DNA from: Cetorhinus maximus
Taxonomy: Eukaryota
Assembly: GCF_964194155.1 (NCBI RefSeq)
Contig: NC_135884.1
Span: forward strand, 34,162,001-34,226,000
Direction: 5' to 3'
DNA length: 64,000 nt
Each line of letters begins with the position of its first letter. Position 1 is the first letter of the stretch. Positions 31,401-46,400 of this stretch are shown piece by piece. Made by a program: the position numbers and the translations under genes. The notes below the pieces were generated by a model. The model saw only the letters and a program-made list of their open reading frames with translations, did no database searches and was not told the DNA's origin.

Positions 31401-34400
31401 ATTGCAGTGATCCCTGTCCACATTCCACTGGTAAAGTTTGCAACAGTGTAACCCACGGGTGTAAGAAGTAACTTCTCTGATTGCTGAATAGCTAAGTCAT
31501 ACCACTGTCAAGGTACCAGGCTGGATCAGTGATTTCTGCTTGCAACTACACTTTTGCAGGTGCCCGAAGTTGCTGTTAGTTTTACCCTGTGACAATGGCA
31601 GGTGCTGACAGAATCATTATTATTAGTAAAATAAAATCAGCCCTATGAATTCCTTGCCTCCTCAATGTTTAAGAATGATTGTAAATGAAAAGGAGGTATT
31701 ATTCTGTGAACTCAATTTTATCCTTTTGATTGCCTGTAGAATGCCTTGGATTCTTCTCCATCTTCCATTGTCTTACCAGCTGTAAACCAGCATTGGACAA
31801 ATCAGCTGCCTAGATATCTGCAAGAGAAGCTTGGAGAAAACCCAATACATGTGGATTACTTATCTTCTTGGAATCCAGAACTGAGCAGCACAAAATCATC
31901 TCTATTAATAGTGAAATTGCCATCAACTGACAGGTAAAAGTAACTTGCACATGTACTATAATAGCCACTATCATACTGTTTATCTTAGGTTGGACTAAAA
32001 GGAAACTAATGTTCAAATTTTTTTCACTGAAGTCATATAAGATGCTGTAAAACTATAACATGTGTATAGTTTCCAAGAAAGGATACCACAAATCTGAATT
32101 CTTGCCTACCAGCAATTTTCTTCTCACTGTTCTTGAAAATGAAAGACTGAAGCTGGAGCACAGTTGTGAGAGAGTGATAGCCCTTCTATACCTTAATTAC
32201 CCGAGACAATATATGTAGGCTTAACAGGATTTTTGACTACAAGAGCATCGCAGCCAAGCTTGACACAGACCCTACTGATGTTTCCGTGTAAATACACTTT
32301 CTAGCAGGGATTGCAAGATTTCAATCAAGTTGGTTTTTCTCTTCTTAACCTGGGAATGTGGAGGTCAATTGTATACACTTTCAACCACCCCAGTACAGAT
32401 CTGTTGATTTTGCACAGATCTCACTAATGATCTAAATACAACCGAGATCTTGCCCCATGAGGAAATTATTGGAGCAAGCAAACTCAGCAGTAAAACAACT
32501 GAACATGCTAACTGTGATCGGCTTACCCTTCAAGCAAATACAAAGTAAAGATTTTAAACTCTTAGGGTAGAATTTTCAGATCCACCCACCCCCTTGGCAG
32601 GTTTAATGACCGGGGATTGGGGGGGAACAATGTGGCAGGATCTGAAAAATTGGTTTCCCGCCAGCATGAAATGACAGCGGGAATGCGTTCCCAACCATCA
32701 TGGCAGATCGCCATTCCCGCCAGAGTCGTTAATGGGATGCAGATGAAGACCCAACCAAATTCATCCCCCCCTCGTCAGATTTTCCACGCCACCAGTGGGG
32801 TATCATCGCATTGGTCCGAAACACAACGTGGCATGGACGTATCAGACATACCTGCAAGAAAGCTTGGGGCAGCTTGTAGAGATCAGACGATGGAGGCCTC
32901 CAGCGACTGTGGACCCTGGTTTTGCAGGTGTGAACAGGTATGGGGGGAAAGGGGTTCAGAGGGAGGGGTTTGTGGTGTCAACTGATGAGTCCTGGAGGAC
33001 ATACTGAGGGAATTGGTGATAGAAAGGGATAACCAGAGTTAAAGGGGACAGTGGGAGCCCGTAGGATGGGAGAATGAGGGTCCATCAATGTTCAATTATT
33101 GGAGGGGACACAGAAGTAAAACTGTACTCTCGGGGTTGGCAGGATGGTGGGTGGGCTCCTCGGGAATGTAGGGGACGTAGACATTCACCTGCATTGGATG
33201 GAGGGTATTGGGGCAGGTTGAAGGGTTCAAGGGAATGCCTCGATTGATAAAGGCAAGTGTCCCATATCCCTTTTTCACCACCCCATTAACATGCCCCTCC
33301 GCCTTCAGACACACACACTAAGGTCCCTTTGTTCCTCAGAACTTCCTGGTGTCATGCCGTTCATTGAATACTTCCTTGTCAAATTACTCCTTCCAAAGTG
33401 TATCACCTCACACTTTTCAGGGTTAAATTCCAACTGCCACTTATCTGCCCATTTGACCATCCCGTCTATATCTTCCTGTAGCCCAAGACATTCAACCTCA
33501 CTGTTAACCACCCGGCCAATCTTTGTGTCATCCACAAACTTACTAATCCTACCCCTCACATAGTCATCTATGTCGTTTATATAAATGACGAATAATAGGG
33601 GACCCAGCACACTTCCCTGTGGTACGCCACTGGACACTGGCTTCCAGTCACTAAAGCATCCTTCTGTCATCACCCTCTGTCTCCTACAATTAAGCCAATT
33701 TTGAATCCACCTTATCAAATTACCCTGTATCCCATGTGCATTTGCCTTCTTTATAAGTCTCCCATGTGGGACCTTGTCAAAGGCATTGCTGAAATCCATA
33801 TAAATTACATCAACTGCACTACCCTCATCTATACACCTGGTCACCTCCTCAAAAAATGCAATCAAATTTGTTAGGTATGACCTCCCTCTGACAAAGCCAT
33901 GCTGACTATCCCTGATCAAACCTTGCCTTTCCAAGTGGAGATAGATTCTCTCCTTCAGAATTTTCTCCAATAGTTTCCCTACCACTGATGTGAGACTCAC
34001 TGGCCTGTAGTTCCTTGGCTTATCTCTACAACCTTTCTTAAATAGCAGAACCACATTAGCTGTTCTCCAGTCCTCTGACACCTCCCCCATGGCCAGAGAG
34101 GAATGAAACATTTGGCTCCTCCCTTGCCTCCCTCAGCAAGTCTGGGACGCAAATCATCCGGACCTGGAAATTTGTCCACTTTTATGCCTGTCAACACCTC
34201 CAATACCTTGTCACTCCCTATATCAATTTGCTCAAGAACCTCGCAGTCTCTCTCCCCGAGTTCGATACCTTCATTCTCATTCTCTTGGGTGAAGACGGAT
34301 GTGAAGTATTCGTTCAACGCTCTACCGATGTCCTCTGGCTCCACCCATCGATTGCCCCCTTGGTCCCTACTCTTTCCCTGGTTATCCTCTTCCCATTGAT

Positions 34401-37400
34401 ATGCTTATAGAATATCTCAGGATTTTCCCTACTTTTATCATTTATCAGATAACTAACTGAGCTAATCCAATCATAGGTTAATTTAATATTACTTTGATTT
34501 CTTAATTGTGTATCCAACCTAGAGATATTAATTTTTAGTATTATTATAACAAGGTTTTAACAATTATGTTTCTGAATTGTTAGCATTGTCTAATCTTACC
34601 AAAGTTCTCAATCTTGTCTTCAGATCCCTTCACGGCCTTGCCCCTCCCTATGTCTATAACCTCCTCCAGCTCTACAACCATCTTAGATCTGTGCGCTCCT
34701 CTAATTCTGACATCTTGCATCTCCCCAGTTCTAATTGTTCAGCTGCATTGGACCTACATTCTGGAATTCCTTTGTTTACCTCTCTCTGCTGTCCCAGTAT
34801 TGACTCTTGGTGTCAAATTTTGTTTGCTAATTATAAAAAAAAGACTTGCAGTTATACAGCACTTTTCATGACCACTGGACCTCTCAAAGTGCTTTACAGC
34901 CAATGAAGTACATTTATTAGTTGCTGTTGTAATGTAGGAAACATGGCAGCCAATAAGCACAAAGCAAACTGCCACAAACAGCAATATGATAATAACTAGA
35001 TAATCTGTTTTTGTGATGTTGATTGAGGGGTAGATATTGGCCAGGACACCGTAGATAACTCCCCTGCTCTTCCTCAATATAATGCCATGGGATCTTTTAC
35101 ATCCATCTGAGCAGACACATGAGGACACAGTTTAATATCTCATTTGAAAGACAGAACCTCCCTCACTACTGCGCTGGAGCATCAGCTTTAATTGTACTTA
35201 AGTCCTGGAGTGGGATTGAACCTGGAGCCTTGTGACTCAGAGGCCAGAATGCTACCCACAGAGCCATGGCTGACATTCTCTAATGGTCCTGTGCAGCATC
35301 TTGGGATGTTTGACTACATTAAAAGTGCTATATAAATGTAAGTCATTGTTGCTTTGTGGATGGTTTTAAAAATACATGGTATTTCACTTTTTAAGAATAA
35401 TCAATTTGTCTCTTTTGAGATTTTCAAACTGCCTTGGCTTTTTTCCCAATCACTGCTTGGTCTATCTTGAAGTTAATTCAACATCAAAGATCCTAGATCC
35501 AAAAAGGACCACAGAAAAATGTATTTTACAGGGAGAAAACAAAGAATGAATGCTAAAAAATGTATTAAAAGGTGATAGCTATAATTAGCAAATAGAGGAA
35601 AACTATAAAATAAAGATCAAAGAAGAAATGTGATCCCCTCACAGGAACTGAAAATTTGGCCCAGATTTAACCGAACCCACCTGACAGTAACTTTGCGGCC
35701 CAAAGCTATCAGTTAACATTAGGCAGGTTAAGATAAAATTGAAGCCTATTTCTCCACTAAACCACTGTAACATAATATCAATGGAGCCAGGGTGAGTTTT
35801 CACACAGCAGTCAGCCAGCTTCCTTCACAGGATCAATTAGTCATGCGTGACCAATAGGAACAGGTTAAGTTTTCACACTTGTCCACTGACAGGACATGTT
35901 GTCACAAAAATCTAACTTACATGTAATTAGTTTTCATCTGTTTACTGATCATAACACAAATTCAAGATTATAAGGGCATAGTTGGTTTATACTCAACTAA
36001 GATCTATATTTTCCTTTCACAGACATGCAGTGACACCAGACACCAAAGTCCTAGCTGATGATGGTAAGCTTTCAGGCTGTTTTACATATTTTAATGCTGA
36101 TGAGATTGTAGAACTTCAAAAATTTAGATGAAAGATATCTATTTTAATGAGGAAAACTGCAGCCCAGTGGCCTAATGACCGAAAGCTGTCTTGGTTTGAA
36201 GTGATCTAAAAAGTAGATACAATTGTTGCAGCTCCGGCAGTATTTGCCTCTACTTTCTAATCAGCTGAATTCTGTGTAAAAACAGTGAACACTATAATAT
36301 GTTCCTAGACAACAGAAGACAAAAACAGAAGTTTATAGAACTGACATTTCAAAAATGTTAAAACCATCGAGTATGGGACAGTTTGCTCAAAAAGCCATGA
36401 ATTTATTTTCTTCACTTAATTTTTTCCACCATCAATCTGCTCTCTACTTCTCTCCAAAAGTCATTAACTTCTCAATGGGGTTCAGATTCATTGTTGATAG
36501 GTTTGCTTTGGTGGCATGGCAGTAAGTGTGGCTGGACTATTCTCCTGGGGCGAGTGGTAGTGGGGGATGTCCTTATTCGGCATCCCCACTTTCAGCTGAG
36601 GTGTGGTAAGAATCTTGATTTTCCTCTTTTTAGTGCCAAAGAGCACTGAGTCCAAAAGTAGTGCTCCACTAGCTACCAGGCTGAGGTAGCTAAATTCATT
36701 CAGGAATTGAAACTGTGATCTTCTCAGTTTGTAAAACTCAGTTCCTCATTGGATAAAGTTGTTGGATTATCAGGGGTTATCCAATTTATATGTCCAAGTA
36801 TAGCAATAGACTTCATAAATAACCTTATATCATATTTGGATTTGGAATTAGATCACCTTCTTCAAATAAAAATGATAATCATATGATTCTTAAACACTGG
36901 TTTCTATTGCAGTCAACATTGGTTGAGTTAACAATAATGCAGGTAAACATTTGGGTCCCTTCACATTTTGCAGTGAGGGACGAATTGATGCAGAAGTTAT
37001 ACCATGGCAGTATAGAACAGGTGTGATGGAGACCAGCTTATCTTTATCCGTCTTTTTCATACATTTTGCATCTCACGCTGTTCCACTAAGGGAGAGTGAG
37101 GTATGTTGTAAGAGCAGTTGCCTACCTAATTATGAATGAAATATTGTTGGCTTAATGTGGTCATTATTATATTAGAAAGAGCAAAAGTATATTTGCTTTT
37201 ATGTCACAGAGTTCGGAATTTACTAAAGAGTATTTTCTTTATTTTTAAACAGATGTCATTGAACTGGTCATCAATACGTTAAAAGCAAACAGTGTTCCTT
37301 ACACAGCTATTTTCACAGCCAGCAGGAGTTCACAGGTATTAGATATTAAAGCCACTGCAAGCATTTTTTGCATTATCCAACTAGTTATTCGTAATTGTGT

Positions 37401-40400
37401 GGTATTAAACATTTTGCTGTGCCATGGATAGTTATAATATTTGTTCATGCCCACAATGCTCCCGGTGGTAAATTTACTAATTTAGCCATGCAATTTTGAG
37501 TAAGTGCTGAGAGGAGAGCACCCAGACATTCCCTCAGGAGAGTGGAAATAAATCAGATTTTCTGGCCTGTCTCTCCACACCTCCTACTCAGTGGCTTCAG
37601 AGTGGAACCGGGCCATGCCAGACAGCAGGTTGGCCATTCAATACTTGGAACAGTTCAGAGTCACCAAGAAGGCATCGGGGGAAAAAAAGAACTAAATAAA
37701 AGAGCTAGTCACACCCTCAGCAAAAAAAAAAATGGACAAACCAGCACACTGAAAGGCGCATGTCCACCACAAAGTGCAAACCTACGTGTTAAGATGGACT
37801 AAGATGAGCAGAGAAGACTAATGCAGCAGGTTTTGTGAGGCTGTGGATTTCATTAGTCGAGTGAGTGATGTCATCAGGAACCATGTCGACAGGTGAGATA
37901 AGTGGTTCAAGGAAAGGGAGTAAAAGGATTTGGGCAGGGGAGGATGGGGTGGTACATGCTCACATGGAGGATAAATATGAGCTCGTTAAATTGAGCTATC
38001 GGTTTCTGTGTTGTAATTTCTCTGTAATTTCATGCAACAAGCAATGTCTGTCACAATGCTGGTGGACCAGTTTCCCTCTTGGGGAAAAAAAGAGTTGAGA
38101 ATTTAATACCTATACTGTTAGACCTCAAATAGTATTTGCTTTGATAGAGAGACCAAAGTAAAGCTAAAATAATATAATTCTCAAACAATTTTCCATCTTT
38201 CAGTATCCAACCATATGTGGTATATGTATTTGTATCAATACTTATCCTGTTTTCACTGCAACAGCAGCAAATCCTTTAGTCTGAATTCTTATATTGAAAC
38301 AATGAACAGTTTCACTGAATAGTTACCTTAACATTCATCATTAGGAATTCAATTCTGATACCTTTGTTTTACAGGTGGTTAGACATACTTTCAATGAAGT
38401 AATGAATACAGGTAGACAGCTTTTGCAAGTACCAAACTGGAACCAGCACGCTCCCATAAATGTTACAGATGGTGAAATACCCTGCATTCTCTTCATAGCC
38501 AAGAAGGTAACACTCCGATTTGGAGACCAGCCTGAGATAGATTTGACAAACAGAACTTTTGGGAGCACTGTTAAAGTTAATACCAGGGATTCAACATGTA
38601 CATCGGATAAAGCTACGTAAGTCACAATAAACTCATAACACTTTACCTTTGAACACTTTACATCATAATTAGAATGCTTTTAAAAATGAAATTTGTTGCA
38701 GATTAGAAACAATTGGTCATACAGTCATTTCATTAATTCATTATTATGAGGGGAGCAAGTAGTGCTGTGAACATTATTTACCTATCATATCTGAGAATCA
38801 CACAAGTTATAATAAGACGAAGAAAATAAAATTATTTTCTTTTTGTTGACATTGAAATGAGTTTAGACAGTCTTAATCAGTTCTCAGCTGTAATTTGAGT
38901 TTTCAGTGGGCACAAATCCACAGCACAAAATGGACTGTAGTTCAGCACTAAGTTTTAATTACAGCAAGATCACCAAGATGTGATTCGGAGAAAGCAGATG
39001 GGAAGAATGAATAAGCAATTTTAAATATGTCTGTATCATTTGTTTTGTTGTCTTTATGGTTTAAATTGTGTCCTTTGGTCATAGGTTGGTATATATATTT
39101 AAATTTCAGATGGCCTCACATTTAAGTAGCATGGGTTTCCACTGGCATGTATATTTGTAGTGAAAATATTGATTCCAGTGCAAATAGTCTTTTTACATTT
39201 TAGCAGACAGAATTGTATGTTTTTTACGTCATGGAATTTGTCTGTGGTATTTGATTGTATTTATGCACAGAGGATTTTTGATTTGCTGTTGCAATATCTT
39301 ACATTAAAGATGAGCAAGGTATTATTTTGATTTGAAATAGGAAAAGAACATATGAATGTTAACCAAAAACAGAAAAGGTCAATGAGGGTAATGCTGTTGA
39401 TGGGGTGTACATGGACTTTCAAAAGGCATTTGATACAGTGCCACACGACAGAGTTGTGAGAAAAGTTATTGCTTGTGGAATAAAAGGGACAGTCGCAACA
39501 TGGGAAAAAAATTGGCTGGAAAATAGGAAGCAAAGAGTAATGGTCAATGGGTATTTTTCGGGCTGGAGGAAGGCTTGTAGTGGAGTTCCCCAGGGGTCAG
39601 TATCGGGACCCTTGCTTTTTCTGATATATATTAATGATCTAGATCTTGGTGTGCAGCAGACAATTTCAAAGTTTGCGGATGATACAAAGCTTGGGTGTGT
39701 TGTAAACAGCAAGGAGGACAGTGTAGAACTTCAAAAGGACATAGACAAGTTGGTGGAGTGGGTAGACAGGTGGCAGATGAAGTTCAATGCAGAGAAGTGT
39801 GAGGTTATGCATTTTGGTAGGAAGAACATGGACAGACAATATAAAATAAGGGGTGAAATTTTGAAGGAGGTGCAGGAGCAGGAAGACCTGGGTGTATATG
39901 TGCATAGATCATTGAAGGTGGCAGGAGTGGTGGAGAGAGCAGTTAATAAAGCATATAGTATCCTGGGCTTTATTAATAGGGGCATAGAGTACAAGAGCAA
40001 GGAGGTTATGCTGAATTTATATAAGGCACTTGTTAGACCTCAGCTGGAGTTTTGTGTACAGTTCTGGGTGCCACATTATAGGAAAGATGTGAACACATTG
40101 GAGAAAGTGCAGAAGAGGTTTACAGGAATGGGTTCCAGGGATGAGAAACTTCAGTCATGAAGATAGATTGGAGAGGCTGGGACTGTTCTCCTTGGAGAGA
40201 AGAAGGCTAAGAGGAGATTTGATAGAGATGCTCAAAATCATGAGGGGGCTGGACCGAGTAGATAGGGAGAAGCTATTCCCGCTCATAAAAGGATCAAGAA
40301 TGAGAGGGCACAGATTTAAAGTGATTTGCAAAAGAAGCAAATGTGAGGTGAGAGAAAACTTTTTCACACAGCGAGTGGTTAGCGTCTGGAATGCACTACC

Positions 40401-43400
40401 TAGAAGTGTGGCGGAGGTAAGTTCAATTAAAGCATTCAAGAAGGCATTAGATGATTATTTGAATAGAAACAATGTGCAGGGGTATGGGGAAAAGGCAGGG
40501 AAATGGCACTAGGTCTTAGTGCTCATTTGGAGAGCTGGTGCAGACACGATGGGCCGAATAGCCTCCTTCTGTGCTGTTAAAATTCAGTGATTCTGTGAAG
40601 TATTGGTTTTGCTACCTACTGCAGGAACTTTGGAGCAGCTAATCGTTTTCTTTTCATTACAGAAGCTGGAGATTGCTGAAAAAGTTACAAAATCAAGGAA
40701 AAGTTCCTTGAATGAACACAAGGAAACAGAAATATGATGAAACTGATAGTATATCATGAGTGTTTTATGCAGGAGATTGAACAAAATTAGACAGGGTTGT
40801 CTTGAAAAGTTGCTGATAACAGGTTAAGAGGCAGTCAAACAAGATGATGTGATGGTATGGGAAAATGCAACATCAGGAACTGACCCATTCCACATGTGTA
40901 GAGATTGGAAAGCATGGAGAGTGCACAGGATGTGGAGAAGGGTTGGGGGAGATGGGGAGGAGAAGAGATACCTGAAATTAGATTGTTTGTTGATAACAAG
41001 TGCAAATCATGGAAAATGTTGCTTTGTCTACCTGTATCATTCCCGGTTTGATATGCACTTAAATGCATCTTAATCATTGTACAGGTTGTAAATAATTCTT
41101 AATACAATATTATTTGAATTTACCCTTTTAAAATATAAGCCTTGTTTCCACATAAACAATGTGAAATACGTTTTTAAAAAAATTTATAATTCTATTTTAT
41201 CATGTTCAGGCTTTCCTTGAACTATAGTGATGTTGGAAATCTAAAGCAACTTGTCATTAGGTAAGGATTATTACTTAGGAGCTTAGTACTCTTAACATTC
41301 CTCCTGAGTCCAAACAAGCTTATGCTGATTTGCAGTCTGTTCCATGTTCTAATATATTGCTCTTCTGTCTAGCATTCCATCTGTTTCGAATGACAGATAT
41401 TATAGATTTTTTGACATATTATAAAGATACAATACAAACACACATATATTAGAGGGATTAAGGGAAAGAGGTATTTGTGTGAGATCCAAGGTATAAACAG
41501 TCAATTTGGAAGAACATACTACACTAATGTTCCATGAAAGACCTTAATCTAGATTACATCTCAACAATGTCTTAGTCAAAGCTTTGGGACTAGGATGACA
41601 GGTTGGTTAACTGGTTAGAATATGCTAAGTGAGATGTAGGAATTTAAACAGTAGATGGGGAAATGTTTTTTAATTGTTTTTAACTGCAGACTATTATTAA
41701 TTTTTGGGAGAAGTAATTCTTGGTGTTTCAATGAAGAACATCATCCTGGACATTTCATGATCTATATCTGTGTTCACTAATAATGCTAGTCAACCCTTTA
41801 GTTTGAATGTGGGGTAGGGGATGCATTTGAATCTTGGCTCTATGTGCATCTCTGTCAGAGTGCAAGAGAGAGCACCTCCCATATTGTAGTGGTGCACCTT
41901 TGTGCTCATGGATAGTTATGTAGCTCCACTAAGTGCTATGTAAGAAGCAGATTTCAGCTTTGAAATCACTCAAACATTAGAATATCTGAAGTCAAAGACT
42001 AAAACACTCTGGACATTCATCCCCAGTAGTGCGAGGTTAAGACTCTATAACATATCGTGTATTTTCCAGCTATAAACTTGAGATTGGCTCTTGGTTTGAT
42101 TACATCATAAACCCTTTCATTCACAATAGCTTTCTCCTCTTCCTCCTCCTTCTAAACATAATACCTCTTTGTTGAGGTACAGCTCCACAAATGTTAATAC
42201 CTTAGCCAAGTAGCCATCATTCATATGTACAATTGACAATGAACGGTGGCACGCAACTCACTTACAGGGAACATTGTTCAGCTCAATCCTGTCCTCTGCT
42301 GATGCACTACATACACCTGCCTTACAGCTGAGGTTGCTGGAGGGGAAGTATAGACAACTTTCCCTTTCATAGACCCCACCCCTGCTGCCAAGGTTGAGTT
42401 CAATTGCAACATTTCTACCACCACTCTAGAATCATCAAACTCAGCACAATCCAAGGATTAAACCTAGGACAATCCAAATCCATAAGACTCAGTTATAGCC
42501 AGATAAATTTGCTGAGCCACTGTGGCAGGGGTTTTGAGGGGGGGAGCCACAATATAATTTTAATCTTTCCAGATAGATATCCTTGAATATCAAGAAATCA
42601 GCACAATGTACACTGTCAGCAAGAAAAACAGAATAAAATACCAAATTGAGTTAACAGCATATATGGCTACCCCACAGCTATTATTAGGGTTTATATGTTT
42701 ATCAACCTCAACTGAATTCATTGATTAATTTAATGCCTTGTATAGGTGTATTGTCTTATCATTCCAAAGTATTGATTCTCTAATTATGACGCAACAACTT
42801 GCACCAAAGCAACACTGGTATTGTTCATAAATCAACAAAACTCTTATTTGTTCAACTATGGCTATTTAATGCTATTAATGCTAATTATGTATTGTATTTG
42901 CAAAATTTAATATTTGAAATGTTTTGCGGCCCTGCCTTAAACTTTAGTGCTTCCATTGTCTAATTATAGGTTTGAAATGTCAAATTATTATCACAGAACC
43001 TCTGTTCAGAACTGGTTTAGCCTGGATTTTGTGCAGATCTTCCACAACAATTCATTACAAGCAATGTTCAATGCATCTGAAATATATGCTCCAGTTACAA
43101 ATTCATACCACTGTCAATACATCAGCAGCCTGCAGAAACATGAAGCATTACTGGTGCCCAGATCCAAAGAGGACACTACAAGATTCTGGCATATCACCTT
43201 TGTGGAGTTTCAGGTATAGTTCATGTCAATGATGCAAAATAAATTTGAGGTAATCATTCCAACAAGAAAAGTCCAAACTTGAACCATTCAATGGAAATGC
43301 ATGTTACATTTGCCCAAAAATATTGATCAGTTGTAGCACCTTGACTGCCACTGGCCAAAGTTGGTCTCAGTATGGTTAAGATTTCATGGACTGTATGTTC

Positions 43401-46400
43401 ATACACTGGAAACATTCACCAAAATGCAGCCTAAAGCTTGGCTGCTTTATATTGTGCAACTGTAGAAAATGTTTCCTCAAAGTAAACAAAGGAAAATTTT
43501 ATTTTCAGAGAAAGTCTTCCAGTCCCTATCTCAGTTCCTCCAATGCTTCAATGCCTTCATCAGGTGGAATTTAATGTCCCCCATCCCACTGATGAACTTG
43601 GAGGTGGGGGTGGCATTTAATCAGGCAGCAGGGTGACGACCCCAAGGAATTTTGCGGGGGTTAGGCTTGTGGATGGCCTTGATACGCCATCACGGTGAGA
43701 CAGTTGCTGTGTGGTAATGTCACTGGAGTAGAAATCCAGAGGCTCAGGCTTTGCTCTGGGGACATGGGTCCAAATGGCAACTGGTGGAATTTTAATTCAA
43801 TTAATAAACTATGGAATTAAAAGCTAGTCTCACTAATGGTGACCATGAAACCATTGTTGTCATCAAAACCCATCTGGTTCATGAATGCCCTTTAAGGAAG
43901 GAAATCTGCTGTCTTTACCTGGTCTGGCCTGCATGTGACTCCAGCAATGTGGTTCACTCTTAAATGCCTTATGAAATGGCCTTGCAAGCCACTCAGATGT
44001 ACCAAACCACTTCGAAGTATAAAAAGAATGAAAACAGACTGACCACCCGGCATCGATCTAGGCACCGGAAACAACAACGGCAAACCAGCCCTGTCAACCT
44101 TGCAAAGTCCTCCTTACTAACATCAGGGGGCTTGTGCCGAAATAGTCATACTCACTGAATCATACCTTACAATGTCCCAGACACCACAGTCACCATCCCT
44201 GGGTATGTCCTGTCCCACCAGCAGCACAGACTCACCAGAGTGAGTAGCGGCACAGTGGTATACAGTTCAGAGGGAGTTGCTTTGGGAGTCTGCAACATCG
44301 ACTCTGGACCCCATGAAGTCTCACAGCATCAAGTCAAACATGGGCAAGGAAACTACCTGCTGATTACCACCTACCGCACTGCCTATCCCCTTGCCCCTCA
44401 GCTGATGAATCAGTACTCCTCCATTCTGAACACCAATTGGAAGAAGCAATGAGAGTGGCAAGAGCATAGAATGTATTTTGGGATTTCAATGTCCATCACC
44501 AAGAATGGCTCGGTAGCACTGCTACTGATCGAACCGGCCGTGTCCTAAAGGGCAAAGCTGCTATACTGAGCCTGCAGCAGGTGGTGAGGGAACCAAAAAG
44601 AATGAAAAACTTACTTGACCTCGTCCTCACCAATTACATGTTGCAGATATATCTGTCCGTGACTGTATTGGTAGAAGTGACCAGCGCACAGTTCTTGTGG
44701 AGACGAAGACCCATCTTCACGTTGAGAACACAATGTTGTGTCACACTACCACCGTGCTAAATGGGATAGATTTGAAACAGATCTAGCAACTCAAAACTGG
44801 GCACCCACGAGGCACTGTGGGCCATCCGCAGCAGAACTGCAGAATTCAATCATAATATGTAACCTCATGACTCGGCATATCCCCCACTCTCCATTACCAT
44901 GAAACTGGGGGGATCAACCCTGGTTCAATGAAGAGTGCAAGAGGGCATGCCAGGAGCAGCACCAGACATCCCTAAAAATGTGGTGTCAACCTGGTGAAGC
45001 TACAACATAGAACTACTTGAACGCCAAACAGTGGAAGCACCATGTCATAGAGCTAAGTGATCCCACAATCAACGGATCAGATCTACGCTCTGCAGTCCTG
45101 CCGCATCCAGTTGTGAATGGTGGTGGACATTTAAATAACTAACAGGAAAAGAAGGATCCACAAATGTCCCCATCCTCAATGATGGAGGAGCCCAGCACAT
45201 CAGTGAAAAAGACAAGGCTGAAACATTTGCAACCATCTTCAGCCAGAAATGCCGACTGGATGATCCATCTTGGCCTCCTCTGGAGGTCCCCAGCATCACG
45301 GATGCCAGTCTTCAGCCAATTCGATTCACTCCACGTGATATGAACAGTGAAGGCACTGGATACTGCAAAGGCTGTGGGTCTTGACAACATTCCAGCAATA
45401 GTGAAGACTTGTGTTCCAGAGCTAGCCAAGCTCCTAGCCAAGCTGTTCCAATACAGCTTTAACACTGGCACCTACCCAGCAATGTGGAAAATTTTCCAGT
45501 TATGTCCTGTCCACAAAAAGTAGGACAAGTCCAGCCTGGCCAATAACTGCCCCATCAGTCTACTCTCAAATCATCAGCAAAGTGATAGAAGGGGTCATCG
45601 ACAGTGCTACCAAGCGGCACTTACTCAGCAATAACCTGCTCACTGACAGTTTGTGTTCTGCCAGGGCCACTCAGCTCTTGACGTCATTGCAGCCTGGGTC
45701 CAAACATGAATAACAGGATTGAACTCAAGAGGTGAGGTGAGTCACTCTCACTCTGCCCTTGACATCAAGGCAGCATTTGACTGAATGTGGCATCAAGGAG
45801 CCCCAGCAAAATTGAAGTCAATGAGAATCAAGGGGGAAACTCTCCACTAGTTGGAGTTATTCCTAGCAGAAAGGAAGATGGTTATGGTTGCTGGAGGTCA
45901 ATCATCTCGGTCCCAGGACATCACTGCAGGAGTTCCTCAGGGTAGTGTCCTAGGCCCAACCATCTTCAGCTGTTTCATCAATGACCTTCCCTCCATCATA
46001 AGGTGGGGATGTTTGCTGATGATTGCACAATATTAAGTACCATTCATGACTCCTCAGATACTGAAGCAGTCCATATCCATATGCAGTAAGACCTGGGCAA
46101 CACTGAGGCTTGGGCTGGTAAGTGGCAAGTAACATTTGCACCACACAAGTACCAGGCCATGACCATCTCCGTCAAGAAAAAAATCTTAACAATCTTCTCT
46201 TCATTTTCAATGGCATGACCATTACTGAATCCCCCACTATCAACATCCTGAGGATTACCATTGACCAGAAAATGATCTGGATCAGCCATATAAATACTGT
46301 GGCTGCAAGAGCAGGTCAGAGGCTAGGAATTCGATGGCGAGTATGGTTTACTGACACAAAAATATTTGGTCTGCCTTTAAAGAGAAGAGAATCATGTGAG

